Under the pieces are notes generated by a model. That model was not told the origin of the DNA, did no database searches, and saw only the letters and a program-made list of their open reading frames with translations. A program made the position numbers and the translations under genes. A stretch of DNA of 64,000 bases, from the IMG/VR virus record IMGVR_UViG_3300044632_001278; one strand, given 5' to 3'. The stretch comes from a virus. Shown one piece after another: positions 48,701-56,586 of the stretch (its first letter is position 1; each line of letters opens with the position of its first letter).

Positions 48701-49211
48701 CGGTGGTGCTAATGGAACAAGTGGCACCAGTGGCGCAAATGGCAGTCCAGGTGGTGCGGGTAGCAGTGGTACCAATGGAACGAGTGGCACCAGTGGCGCA
48801 AATGGTAATCCAGGTACCAGTGGCACTAGTGGCGCAAATGGTAATGCTGGGTCTAGTGGTATTACTGGTACCAGTGGTACTAGCGGTGTCACAAATATAA
48901 AAGCATGGATTCACTTTAATGGAACAGGCACACCATCATCTAACGCGTCTAATAACGTATCATCCATAACTGATAATGGTACCGGCGATTATACAATTAA
49001 CTTTACCACTGCATTTTCTAATGCAAATTATGTGGTAGCTGGTACAGCAACTTATCAATATGAAAATCCCGGTCAATCTATAAATAATATGTTTATTGCA
49101 GTACCAAGAAGACCTACAGCACAATTAGCTGGTAGTTGTAGAATTTCTACGCCTGGTTCTGATAACGTATTATACGATTGCGATTATGTTAGAGTATTAT
49201 TTTCAAATTAA
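45723..49211 (+). CDS. Modular tail fibre / receptor-binding protein
   Basis: 11 G(N/S/D/C)VGIGT repeats separating variable modules; short Gly-X-Y stretch; C-terminal AWIHFNG...SSITDNGTGDYTINF domain. Confidence 0.8.
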   Translation: MAILQGARITGSIIATTFIKASGFSGSLTASRLYVQGSVGIGTTSPVYKLDVVGSVYSSNYFSVLTAATYGPSDNSAAMQVFGSTGSGGLTNTIKFVTVGSERVRIDNNGNVGIGTTSPTGTYGKLSVAGGIRILDDNNAKLEIGRYSSGASNSYIKLGSNSNSLRITNNTDAADIFTIENGGNVGIGTTSPNYLTDIQSTTSPQTLNLKLNKTSTTNDYAEIAFQLWSGAGSGANTFGGSGTSRPSVVLRALNENGGTAAGAFIVGTFTGGSDNSTLTEKFRITSVGNVGIGTTSPSQLLEVAGSSPIIRVLATSGNSTLRLTDNGVRNWDLKVVDTSDYFEVGGTSATSLVVTGAGNVGIGTTSPVFSLDVTGGVGLNTSGTGVSVTIGANNTSDRYLRIRNSNGNFEIGSAGNQHYLYGVGASNFFTIYTNSSERFRIAADGNVGIGTTSPSQKLTINNGSSTGAGAVYPIRLSGGTMTSVGDSTGLLFIQRDANDDYGAYIRLYTTQANPQYLNPRLEFGVQTTDTNVLGSVVTRMVITGDGDVGIGTTSPTAQSNYRFLQVNGTNSAVIETMVGGSRIGGFDSSASALYVGSIGSYPVVFRTAVDEKMRIATDGNVGIGTSTPAYKLDVVGSINTSNFMFVSYPYGNAFPLQLTANNFLKADNYYYGMSINTGDVNYISGKFLINGGTYKRVELYGYENSVGYIPTIIPGGCVGIGTIITNSGLQIQTEGTNTTSGSFLFVRSTNSSFGGGAIGVGYDYAAAVGANFYPFRIRAGSTNTILLINSAGVVYAGDTTGAVAYGNHDPYYAFNQDTNTGMDWAAADTLTFKTGGSERMRIASNGSVGIGTTSPNYTLQVNGTFYVNSTTYMNGSLTVEDSFIIDGRLAGSFGTGSILMKSGNSSGTWNQFNIFYYKNSSIDRLGFVDGGSVEILTLKNGGNVGIGTTSPVNKLHISGSSTNLPLKLEGLTSNATGYFLTVDNTTGVVYKSTGGANGTSGTSGANGSPGGAGSSGTNGTSGTSGANGNPGTSGTSGANGNAGSSGITGTSGTSGVTNIKAWIHFNGTGTPSSNASNNVSSITDNGTGDYTINFTTAFSNANYVVAGTATYQYENPGQSINNMFIAVPRRPTAQLAGSCRISTPGSDNVLYDCDYVRVLFSN
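45831..48575 (+). repeat. Interspersed ~30-bp direct repeats GGTAATGTTGGTATAGGTACAACAAGTCCT
   Basis: Identical copies at 46050, 46269 and 46794; variants at 45831, 46584, 47055, 47358, 47577, 47868, 48258 and 48546. Confidence 0.85.
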
Positions 49212-49366
49212 ATTTAATATAACACTTGACTTTTGCTTTTATATAAAGTATAAGCTAAAGCTAGCGCTTAGTTAACTAAATGGTTAAGTTAATTATTAAA
49301 TAATAATACTAAAATATTGATAGTTAAATTAACTGTAAGCGCATAATATGCTACTATTTATTATAA

Positions 49367-50530
49367 ATGATTACTAATAAACATAAAATATATTTGGATA
49401 TGGATGGTGTGATAAGTGATTGGGAATTGCAATTCAAGCGATATAGTGGTGGTGTACCTGTTGAAACTTATGATGCTGAACACGGTAAAAAGAATAGATT
49501 TAAGTTTGTAGATAAGAATTGTCCTGAATACTATTCTAGTATGCCTTGGATGAAAGATGGCAGATTGCTTTATAATTTTGTATCAAATTTGCCTGTAGAG
49601 ATATTGAGTCATGCGCCTACCAATTTGGCATATGTTGGTAAAAAGCAGTGGTTAGCCAATAACAATATTGATATTAAAGCTAATTTGGTACCGCATAGAA
49701 ATTTAAAAGCAAAGTTTGCAACTCCTGATAGTATTTTGATAGATGACCGTGAAGATAATGTAAATGATTTTATCAAAGCTGGTGGTAAAGCAATATTGCA
49801 TAAAAGCGCAATAGATACAATTAATAAACTAAAAGAAATGTTGGGTATCAAAGAATCTCATAGAATTTATAATAGCATTTTAAATCCTGAGATATGGGCT
49901 ACTGAAAATGCTATTAAACCTGATGTATTAAACAAGTTATTAACTATTGCAAATACTTTTTACAAAGATACTGATTTGAATGTACCTCTTGAAAATATAT
50001 ACTTTCTTGGTAGTACTGCCGGATATAATTGGACACCAACAAGTGATATTGACTTACATTTGGTTGTAGATTTTTCCAAAATTGATCCAAATGAAGAACT
50101 GGTTAAGAATTATGTGGATGGCTTAAAAAGCAAATGGAATGAAAACCACAACATTAGAATTGGCAATCATCCAGTGGAAGTTTACATTCAAGATATTAAA
50201 GAGGTCAATAGAAGTCAAGCTGTATATAGTTTGATGAAAAATGAATGGGTAAAAAAGCCAAAAATAGAAGACATTCAGATTGATAAAGATGCTATTACAA
50301 AGAAATACAAACAATATGTTTCGTTTATTTCCACAGCTATAAAAGAACAAAATTTAGATAAATTAAAGCGTTTAGTTAAACGTTTGTATGAAATGAGAGA
50401 AGCTGGATTAAGTAAGAGCGGCGAGTATAGTACAGAAAATTTGGTGTTTAAACTTTTAAGATCCACAGGTTACGTCAATCAACTAAAAAATGCTATCACA
50501 AATATTACAGATAAAAATTTGAGTAAATGA
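49367..50530 (+). CDS. HAD 5'(3')-nucleotidase-like domain fused to Pol-beta-type nucleotidyltransferase
   Basis: YLDMDGVISD, ILS, K, LIDDR HAD motifs; then LGSTAGYNW...SDIDLH and VEVYIQD. Confidence 0.78.
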   Translation: MITNKHKIYLDMDGVISDWELQFKRYSGGVPVETYDAEHGKKNRFKFVDKNCPEYYSSMPWMKDGRLLYNFVSNLPVEILSHAPTNLAYVGKKQWLANNNIDIKANLVPHRNLKAKFATPDSILIDDREDNVNDFIKAGGKAILHKSAIDTINKLKEMLGIKESHRIYNSILNPEIWATENAIKPDVLNKLLTIANTFYKDTDLNVPLENIYFLGSTAGYNWTPTSDIDLHLVVDFSKIDPNEELVKNYVDGLKSKWNENHNIRIGNHPVEVYIQDIKEVNRSQAVYSLMKNEWVKKPKIEDIQIDKDAITKKYKQYVSFISTAIKEQNLDKLKRLVKRLYEMREAGLSKSGEYSTENLVFKLLRSTGYVNQLKNAITNITDKNLSK

Positions 50531-50593
50531 TAAAAAACTTTATATAAAACTAAATCGTTTAATATTTATATTCAAGAACAATAAGGTAAAAAT

Positions 50594-51085
50594 ATGGCAG
50601 AACTACTAAATCCAAGTGAAATATTCGCTACGGCATTCGAACCAAAAGTAAAGAATCGTTTTATTCTTTATGTTGATGGTATTCCATCATTCATCATCAA
50701 AAAGGTCAATCGTCCTAAACTAACACAAGCCAAGAAGGAACTTGACCATATTAACGTAAAAACCTACTACAAGGGTAAAAGTGTATGGGATGAAATCAGT
50801 ATGGAACTTTATGATCCAATTGTACCATCCGGTGCTCAAGCAGTAATGGAATGGGTACGTTTGCACCACGAATCAGTTACTGGTCGTGATGGTTACCAAG
50901 ACTTCTATAAGAAGGATCTAACAATTAACGTCTTGGGTCCAGTAGGTGACAAAGTAGAAGAATGGAAGTTGGTAGGTTCATTTATCGTAAGCGCTGATTT
51001 CCAAGAAATGGATTGGAGCGATGACGGTGCTGCTCAGATGATCAGTTTATCTGTAGCATACGATTACGCAATTCTCCAATATTAA
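50594..51085 (+). CDS. Tail tube protein (T4 gp19-like)
   Basis: FEPKVKNRF, WDEISMELYDPI, YKKDLTINVLGPVGDKVEEW, AYDYA; SD-like AAGGT. Confidence 0.88.
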   Translation: MAELLNPSEIFATAFEPKVKNRFILYVDGIPSFIIKKVNRPKLTQAKKELDHINVKTYYKGKSVWDEISMELYDPIVPSGAQAVMEWVRLHHESVTGRDGYQDFYKKDLTINVLGPVGDKVEEWKLVGSFIVSADFQEMDWSDDGAAQMISLSVAYDYAILQY

Positions 51086-51100
51086 TATTTATTGTATCAA

Positions 51101-51132
51101 AAAGAACCCCACATTTATTTGTGGGGTTTTCT
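51101..51132 (+). terminator. Rho-independent terminator after tube gene
   Basis: AACCCCACA-TTTATT-TGTGGGGTT-TT. Confidence 0.85.
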
Positions 51133-51144
51133 ATTTATTACTAT

Positions 51145-52053
51145 ATGCAAATGGGCAAGAAAATATTCGTAATTTATCCTGGTAGATTTCATCCCTTTCA
51201 CAAAGGTCACAAAAGTGTATACAACTACCTAACCACTAAATTTGGTGGTAATGATGTATACATAACAACCACAGGTGTTACAAAATTGCCAAAATCACCA
51301 TTTACTTTCAATGAAAAAATGCAAATGATGATTACCACAGGTATACCGGCAAACAAAATACTAAACGTCAAAAACAACTACAACTTGAAAAGTGTAGCTA
51401 ATCAAATACCAATCAATATAGAACGTGATATTATTATTTTTGCAGTTAGTGAAAAGGATATGATTGAAGATCCAAGATTCAAAAACTTTGTAAAAAAAGA
51501 TGGATCTCCTTCTTATTTACAGCCATTGCCAAAAAATCAATCCAAATTAGACCCAGCCATAAAACACGGATACTTGATAACAGTACCAACTGTAGATTTT
51601 ACAGTACTAGGGTTACCGGCTAGAAGTGCAAGTCAATTAAGATCTCAATATGCTACATTAACCCCAGAACAACAAAAGGCTTTTATTATCGATTTGTTTG
51701 GTAATTACAATACAAATGTTCATAATATATTAAACAATAAATTGGGTAAAATTACTGGTAAATTAACCGAAAAACAAAAGAAGTTATTAAAGAAATTGAT
51801 TGTGGGTATAATGAAAGAAGACGAAGCTAAAATAAATTCTGCAAGAAAAAAGTATAATCAAGCTGGATTGGTTCTTCGTACCGTTGAACTTGATGCGGCA
51901 CAACAAGAACTTACAAAAGCAAATGACGATTTAAAAGCTGCAACTACCCCCGAAGAAAAAGCTGCGGCTGAACTACGTGTAAAAAACAAAAAAGATGCAG
52001 TAGACAGTAAAACAGCCGCTCGTGATGCTGCTCAACATCAATTAAATACCTAA
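51145..52053 (+). CDS. Cytidylyltransferase-like (HxGH) nucleotidyltransferase with coiled-coil tail
   Basis: YPGRFHPFHKGH, SPFTFNEK, SASQLR. Confidence 0.72.
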   Translation: MQMGKKIFVIYPGRFHPFHKGHKSVYNYLTTKFGGNDVYITTTGVTKLPKSPFTFNEKMQMMITTGIPANKILNVKNNYNLKSVANQIPINIERDIIIFAVSEKDMIEDPRFKNFVKKDGSPSYLQPLPKNQSKLDPAIKHGYLITVPTVDFTVLGLPARSASQLRSQYATLTPEQQKAFIIDLFGNYNTNVHNILNNKLGKITGKLTEKQKKLLKKLIVGIMKEDEAKINSARKKYNQAGLVLRTVELDAAQQELTKANDDLKAATTPEEKAAAELRVKNKKDAVDSKTAARDAAQHQLNT

Positions 52054-52102
52054 ATATAATAACATAAAAGTTATATAAAGTTCTATATATTGTTATAAAG
52101 TT

Positions 52103-52927
52103 ATGAGTGACGAAATTATAATTCAAAAATTAAAGCAACAACATTCAACTGCATCAACAACAGCTGCACCTACAAGTTATCCTGCGGAAACAATAGAATT
52201 GCCATCTAAAGGATATTTCTATGATGAGTCTAGTCCACTAAGCAAAGGTAGTGTGGAATTAAAGATGATGACTGCTAGAGAAGAAGACATTTTAACCAAT
52301 GAAAACTTCATCAAAAACGGTACTGTATTGGATAAATTGCTTGAATCTTTAATTGTTACGCCCGGCGTAAGAACACAAGATTTGTTGATGGTAGACAAAA
52401 ATGCACTGTTTGTTGCTGCTAGACGTTTGGCATATGGTGACAAATACGGGCCTGTAAAAATTGAGTGCAAAAAATGTAATACCGAAAACAAAACATATAT
52501 TGATTTAAGTACATTAAATGAAAAAGAAGTGGACTTCAATAAGTTTCAGAAGGGTAGTAATGAATTTGAATTTGAGTTTCCATATTGTAAACGTAGAATA
52601 ACATTTAAACTTGTTACATCTGGTGATCAAGAAAGCATTGATCGTGATATTAAAGCGATGACCAAGATCAAAAAACAAGCCAGTACAGAAGTAACTACCA
52701 GACTTAAAAAGCTGATTGTAAGTATAGATGGAAAACCAGATATTGCATCTATCAATAAATTTGTTGACAATGAGTTGTTGTCAAAAGACAGTATGGCACT
52801 AAGAGCTTATATTAAAACAATTGCGCCTGAATTGGATATGGGTTTTGACTTTGTATGTGAACACTGTGGTGAGGTGGAAAGGATGGATGTACCGATGACG
52901 GTACAGTTTTTTTGGCCTGAGTCCTGA
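52103..52927 (+). CDS. Tail assembly chaperone / baseplate hub assembly protein (T4 gp26-like)
   Basis: IELPSKG, MTAREEDIL, ARRLAYG, CKKC and CEHC, ends QFFWP; immediately before the tape measure region. Confidence 0.78.
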   Translation: MSDEIIIQKLKQQHSTASTTAAPTSYPAETIELPSKGYFYDESSPLSKGSVELKMMTAREEDILTNENFIKNGTVLDKLLESLIVTPGVRTQDLLMVDKNALFVAARRLAYGDKYGPVKIECKKCNTENKTYIDLSTLNEKEVDFNKFQKGSNEFEFEFPYCKRRITFKLVTSGDQESIDRDIKAMTKIKKQASTEVTTRLKKLIVSIDGKPDIASINKFVDNELLSKDSMALRAYIKTIAPELDMGFDFVCEHCGEVERMDVPMTVQFFWPES

Positions 52928-53126
52928 ATATAAGTTACAAGTTCACGGTCAAATATTTGAATTGAGTTATTTCTCGCAAGGAGCGGTAAATGTACAAATT
53001 GCGTATAATTTACCTGTATTTTTACGTAATTTTTACTATGCTCAATTAGCAAATATAAAGAATAAAGAAAGTGATAGTTACAAAGAACCTGCTAAAAAGT
53101 CAGGTAAAGTAGATAAGCCTTTTTAG
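52908..53126 (+). CDS. Met-less 72-aa ORF, probable frameshift extension of the chaperone (lambda gpGT / T4 gp51-like)
   Basis: +1 frame reads FFGLSPEYKLQVHGQIFELSYF...YNLPVFLRNFYY...KPF*. The frame opens after TGA at 52896, has no ATG, and begins at the T7 run 52907-52913. Confidence 0.7.
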   Translation, partial: FFGLSPEYKLQVHGQIFELSYFSQGAVNVQIAYNLPVFLRNFYYAQLANIKNKESDSYKEPAKKSGKVDKPF

Positions 53127-53161
53127 TGTAAAATAATATAGTTGTCATATTTATATATTAT

Positions 53162-56100
53162 ATGGCAGCACAACCATTTGATAAAGCAACAGCGGATAAA
53201 CTAGTAGAGGCGTTTAATAATTTAAACGCTGAAATCAAAGATACTCTGTCTAATCTAGACAAGATAGTTGATACCGAGAAAAGAATGGTTGATATAGCCA
53301 AACAGTTAGGACAGGCATATAAAACACAAAAAGATAAGCTTGATGAACAGTTAAAAGGAAAAAGTTTACAAGAAAAATTATCATCAAAATTTGTAAATTC
53401 TGAAAAAAAGTTAAATGAATTTGCACAGGCACGTATCAACAGTTACATAAAAATAGAGAGTTTACAAAATGAATTATTGACAAACGCAGCTGAACTTCTA
53501 GTAGAGCAAAGTAAAGATCCTACCAGCGATACTGTTATAGCTTTACAAGATTTAATTAATAAAAAATCAACCGAGTTGAATTTGGAAGAACATTTATTGA
53601 AAAACAGTGCTTCCAAGTTAGAATCGTTAAAACTACATAATTTTTTACTAAAAGCAGCAAACGAGTTAATAGATTTATATAACAAAGCATTGGAGATGGG
53701 TGTAAAGTTGTTAAACAAGATGGGTGATTTGGCTTCGGGTTTAGCAACTAAACTAAATATACCCACCACATTAGCTGGTACTTTTGAAAGAATATTAGAC
53801 GTTTTTAATCAAATTGACACCGCTGCTACAAATGTTAGACAAAAATTTGGACTATTACCAAGTCAGGGTGCAATTTTTGAAAAAAACATACGAGAAGCTT
53901 CTATTGAGTTAGCTGAGTTTGGTATAAACGCTGAACAACTTGGCGGAACAATGAAACAAATAGGTTCAACTTTTACAAGTTTGCAATCTATGGAAAAAGG
54001 ATTGGTTAAAGATGTTTCAATAATGTCTGCTCAATTTGGAGTAGCTTCTGAAACAAGTGTTAAGTTTCTACAAACGTTAGGTGGCGTATCTGGAAAAAGT
54101 GCAATAGCCAAACAAAATATGTTGGGATTGGCAAAATTTGCTGCAAATGCTTATGGAGTTGGGTTGGACGATGTAATGAACGATGTCGCAAATGCATCTG
54201 AAGAAGCTAGAATGTTTGCTGGTAAAAATGCAGATGAAATGGTTAGAGCTGCAGCTCAAGCTAGACAAATGGGTACTACTCTTGACAATATGGCAAAAAC
54301 TGCAAAGGGTTTGCTTGACTTTGAAAGTAGTATTCAATCAGAATTAAAAGCTAGTGCATTGATTGGTAAAAATATTAATTTTAATGAAGCTCGCAGATTG
54401 GCATTTCAAGGCGATATTATTGGGGCAAATAAATTAATATTGGATCAAGCTAAGAAAATTAAGTTCAATCAGTTAAATCCAATTGCACAAGACGCGTTTG
54501 CAAAAGCTGCTGGTAAGACTGTAAAAGAATTGCAAGAAATGTTAAATGCTGAAGAAAATCTGAAAGAAGCATTAAAATCAAAAGATCCATTGGTAAGAGC
54601 CGAAGCAGAGAAGAAAAAGCAAATGGCGGAAATGATGAAGAACGATCCTATTGCTGCTAAAAAAGCTGCTCAAGCCGAATATGAAAAAGGGTTGATTCAA
54701 GAAAAAAATCAAACCAGAATGAAACAGTTGCAAAATGAAATTAATGCAATTTTTATGGAATTTATTGGGCCTATATTGGAAGAAATTGGACCAATATTTA
54801 CACAGTTATTAAAATATATAAAAGATAACCGAGAAGAAATCAAAAAATTTGCACAAGAAGTGGGTAAACTATATATGATGTTTAAAAGTTTATCTATAGT
54901 ATCAAATATATTGGGTGGGATAGGAAAAATGACAAGTGGATTTGGAAAATTAATTACTTATTCTTCACAATTTTTATCATCGGCGCTAAAAATATCAAGT
55001 ATTTTTATTGGGTGGTCAACGAGTACATCGGGTATCATAAACACGATAGTAAATATTTCGTTAAAAATAGAAAAGATCGCAAGTGGACTAAAATCAGCAT
55101 CAGATACATTAAAAGGATTTGGTACGGGATTTCAATCCATATCTAATTTTATCGGAAAAGGATCTACACAATTAACAAAACTTTCAAATAGCGTTTTTAA
55201 TATCGGAATGAATATTGAAAAAGTATTTACAAAATTTCCAGCAATTTCAAAAATTGGAAATATTATCTCAAACGTATTTAGTGGACTAGGTAGTTCGGTA
55301 AAAGGAATTGGAAGTTTTGTGGGTGGAATATTTGGCAAACTTGGTACTGGCATTGGGTTTTTTTCAAAACTCGCTCCGATTTTTGGAGCAGTAGCTAAAT
55401 TTTTAGGACCAATAGGACTAGTTGTATCTGTGATTCAAGGTGGCATAGCGTTTTTTAAAGCATTTAATGAAACGACAGGTACCGTGAGTCAAAAAGCAGT
55501 AGCTGGATTAAAAGCTGTAGTTAATGCTTTGGTTGTAGAACCATTAAAAATGGTTTGGGATTTTCTTAAAAAGATACCGTCGTTTTTAGCCGATATAGAT
55601 TTTGCGGGAATATTTAAAGACGTAACCAACTTTTTATTAGACGCACTAACGAGTTTGCCTGATAAAATAGAAGAGTTATTTAGTGGTGGCGGTGGGGGAA
55701 TTGAATGGGGTAAAATTTTTGCAAATATTGGAAGATTAGCAATTGAAATTATTGTATTTCACTTTGTTAAATTGCCTATAGCTATAGCTAAAACAGTGGG
55801 AAAATTAGGATTGTTAATTTTGAAAGCTTTTGGACTGAACGCAATCGCTGACGGTATTGCATCTGTAGCAGACACTTTATATACTATACTTAAATGGCCA
55901 TTTGAATTGGTATATAATTGGGTAATGGATAAATTGGGTGGTAAATCTCCATCCGAAATCGGTTTAGCGATTGTTGATGGTATTAAATCTGTAGTAGATA
56001 TGTTATTTGATGTACTTACATATCCATTTAAAAAAGCCGCTCAAATTATACCAGAGATTATAAATATTTTAAAAACAACATTTGTTGATGCTTTCAAATC

Positions 56101-56569
56101 CGTAATGGATGTGATGTTTGATTTGATTACATATCCATTTAAAAAAGGATTTGAACTAATAAAGTCTGCTGTATCTGAAGTTGGTACTTTTCTCAAAGAC
56201 ACATTCAGTGGAGCTTTTACTTTTATTATTGGTGCTCTTGAAAAAGTATGGGAAAAAATGAAAGGTATTGGTTCATTTATATCTGATACAATAGGAAAAA
56301 CTTTTAGTTTTGTTGGTAGAATAGTCGGAACATCAGAAGAAACTCCATCAAAAACTGCGACTGAATCAAAAACAAGTGTAAAAACTGATGATTTATTGAT
56401 CAATACAATTGTAAATTCCAATAGAGTTTTAGCAGAAAAACTTGATAAATTGACTTCTATGATGGCATCTGGTCAAATTGCTGTGTATATTGATGGTCAA
56501 CGTGCAAATCAATTATTAGCAACAAGTAACTCAAAATTTGGTTCATTTGGTCAAGCAACAACCAATTAA
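53162..56569 (+). CDS. Tape measure protein
   Basis: 1135 aa, helical, Ala/Gly/Lys-rich with periodic aromatic residues; canonical position after the chaperone. Confidence 0.85.
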   Translation: MAAQPFDKATADKLVEAFNNLNAEIKDTLSNLDKIVDTEKRMVDIAKQLGQAYKTQKDKLDEQLKGKSLQEKLSSKFVNSEKKLNEFAQARINSYIKIESLQNELLTNAAELLVEQSKDPTSDTVIALQDLINKKSTELNLEEHLLKNSASKLESLKLHNFLLKAANELIDLYNKALEMGVKLLNKMGDLASGLATKLNIPTTLAGTFERILDVFNQIDTAATNVRQKFGLLPSQGAIFEKNIREASIELAEFGINAEQLGGTMKQIGSTFTSLQSMEKGLVKDVSIMSAQFGVASETSVKFLQTLGGVSGKSAIAKQNMLGLAKFAANAYGVGLDDVMNDVANASEEARMFAGKNADEMVRAAAQARQMGTTLDNMAKTAKGLLDFESSIQSELKASALIGKNINFNEARRLAFQGDIIGANKLILDQAKKIKFNQLNPIAQDAFAKAAGKTVKELQEMLNAEENLKEALKSKDPLVRAEAEKKKQMAEMMKNDPIAAKKAAQAEYEKGLIQEKNQTRMKQLQNEINAIFMEFIGPILEEIGPIFTQLLKYIKDNREEIKKFAQEVGKLYMMFKSLSIVSNILGGIGKMTSGFGKLITYSSQFLSSALKISSIFIGWSTSTSGIINTIVNISLKIEKIASGLKSASDTLKGFGTGFQSISNFIGKGSTQLTKLSNSVFNIGMNIEKVFTKFPAISKIGNIISNVFSGLGSSVKGIGSFVGGIFGKLGTGIGFFSKLAPIFGAVAKFLGPIGLVVSVIQGGIAFFKAFNETTGTVSQKAVAGLKAVVNALVVEPLKMVWDFLKKIPSFLADIDFAGIFKDVTNFLLDALTSLPDKIEELFSGGGGGIEWGKIFANIGRLAIEIIVFHFVKLPIAIAKTVGKLGLLILKAFGLNAIADGIASVADTLYTILKWPFELVYNWVMDKLGGKSPSEIGLAIVDGIKSVVDMLFDVLTYPFKKAAQIIPEIINILKTTFVDAFKSVMDVMFDLITYPFKKGFELIKSAVSEVGTFLKDTFSGAFTFIIGALEKVWEKMKGIGSFISDTIGKTFSFVGRIVGTSEETPSKTATESKTSVKTDDLLINTIVNSNRVLAEKLDKLTSMMASGQIAVYIDGQRANQLLATSNSKFGSFGQATTN

Positions 56570-56586
56570 TCTGATATTTATAATTA

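Noticed and set aside
45723-49211. Diversity-generating retroelement acting on the fibre
   Set aside because: No reverse transcriptase and no template/variable repeat pair differing at adenines is visible in this window.
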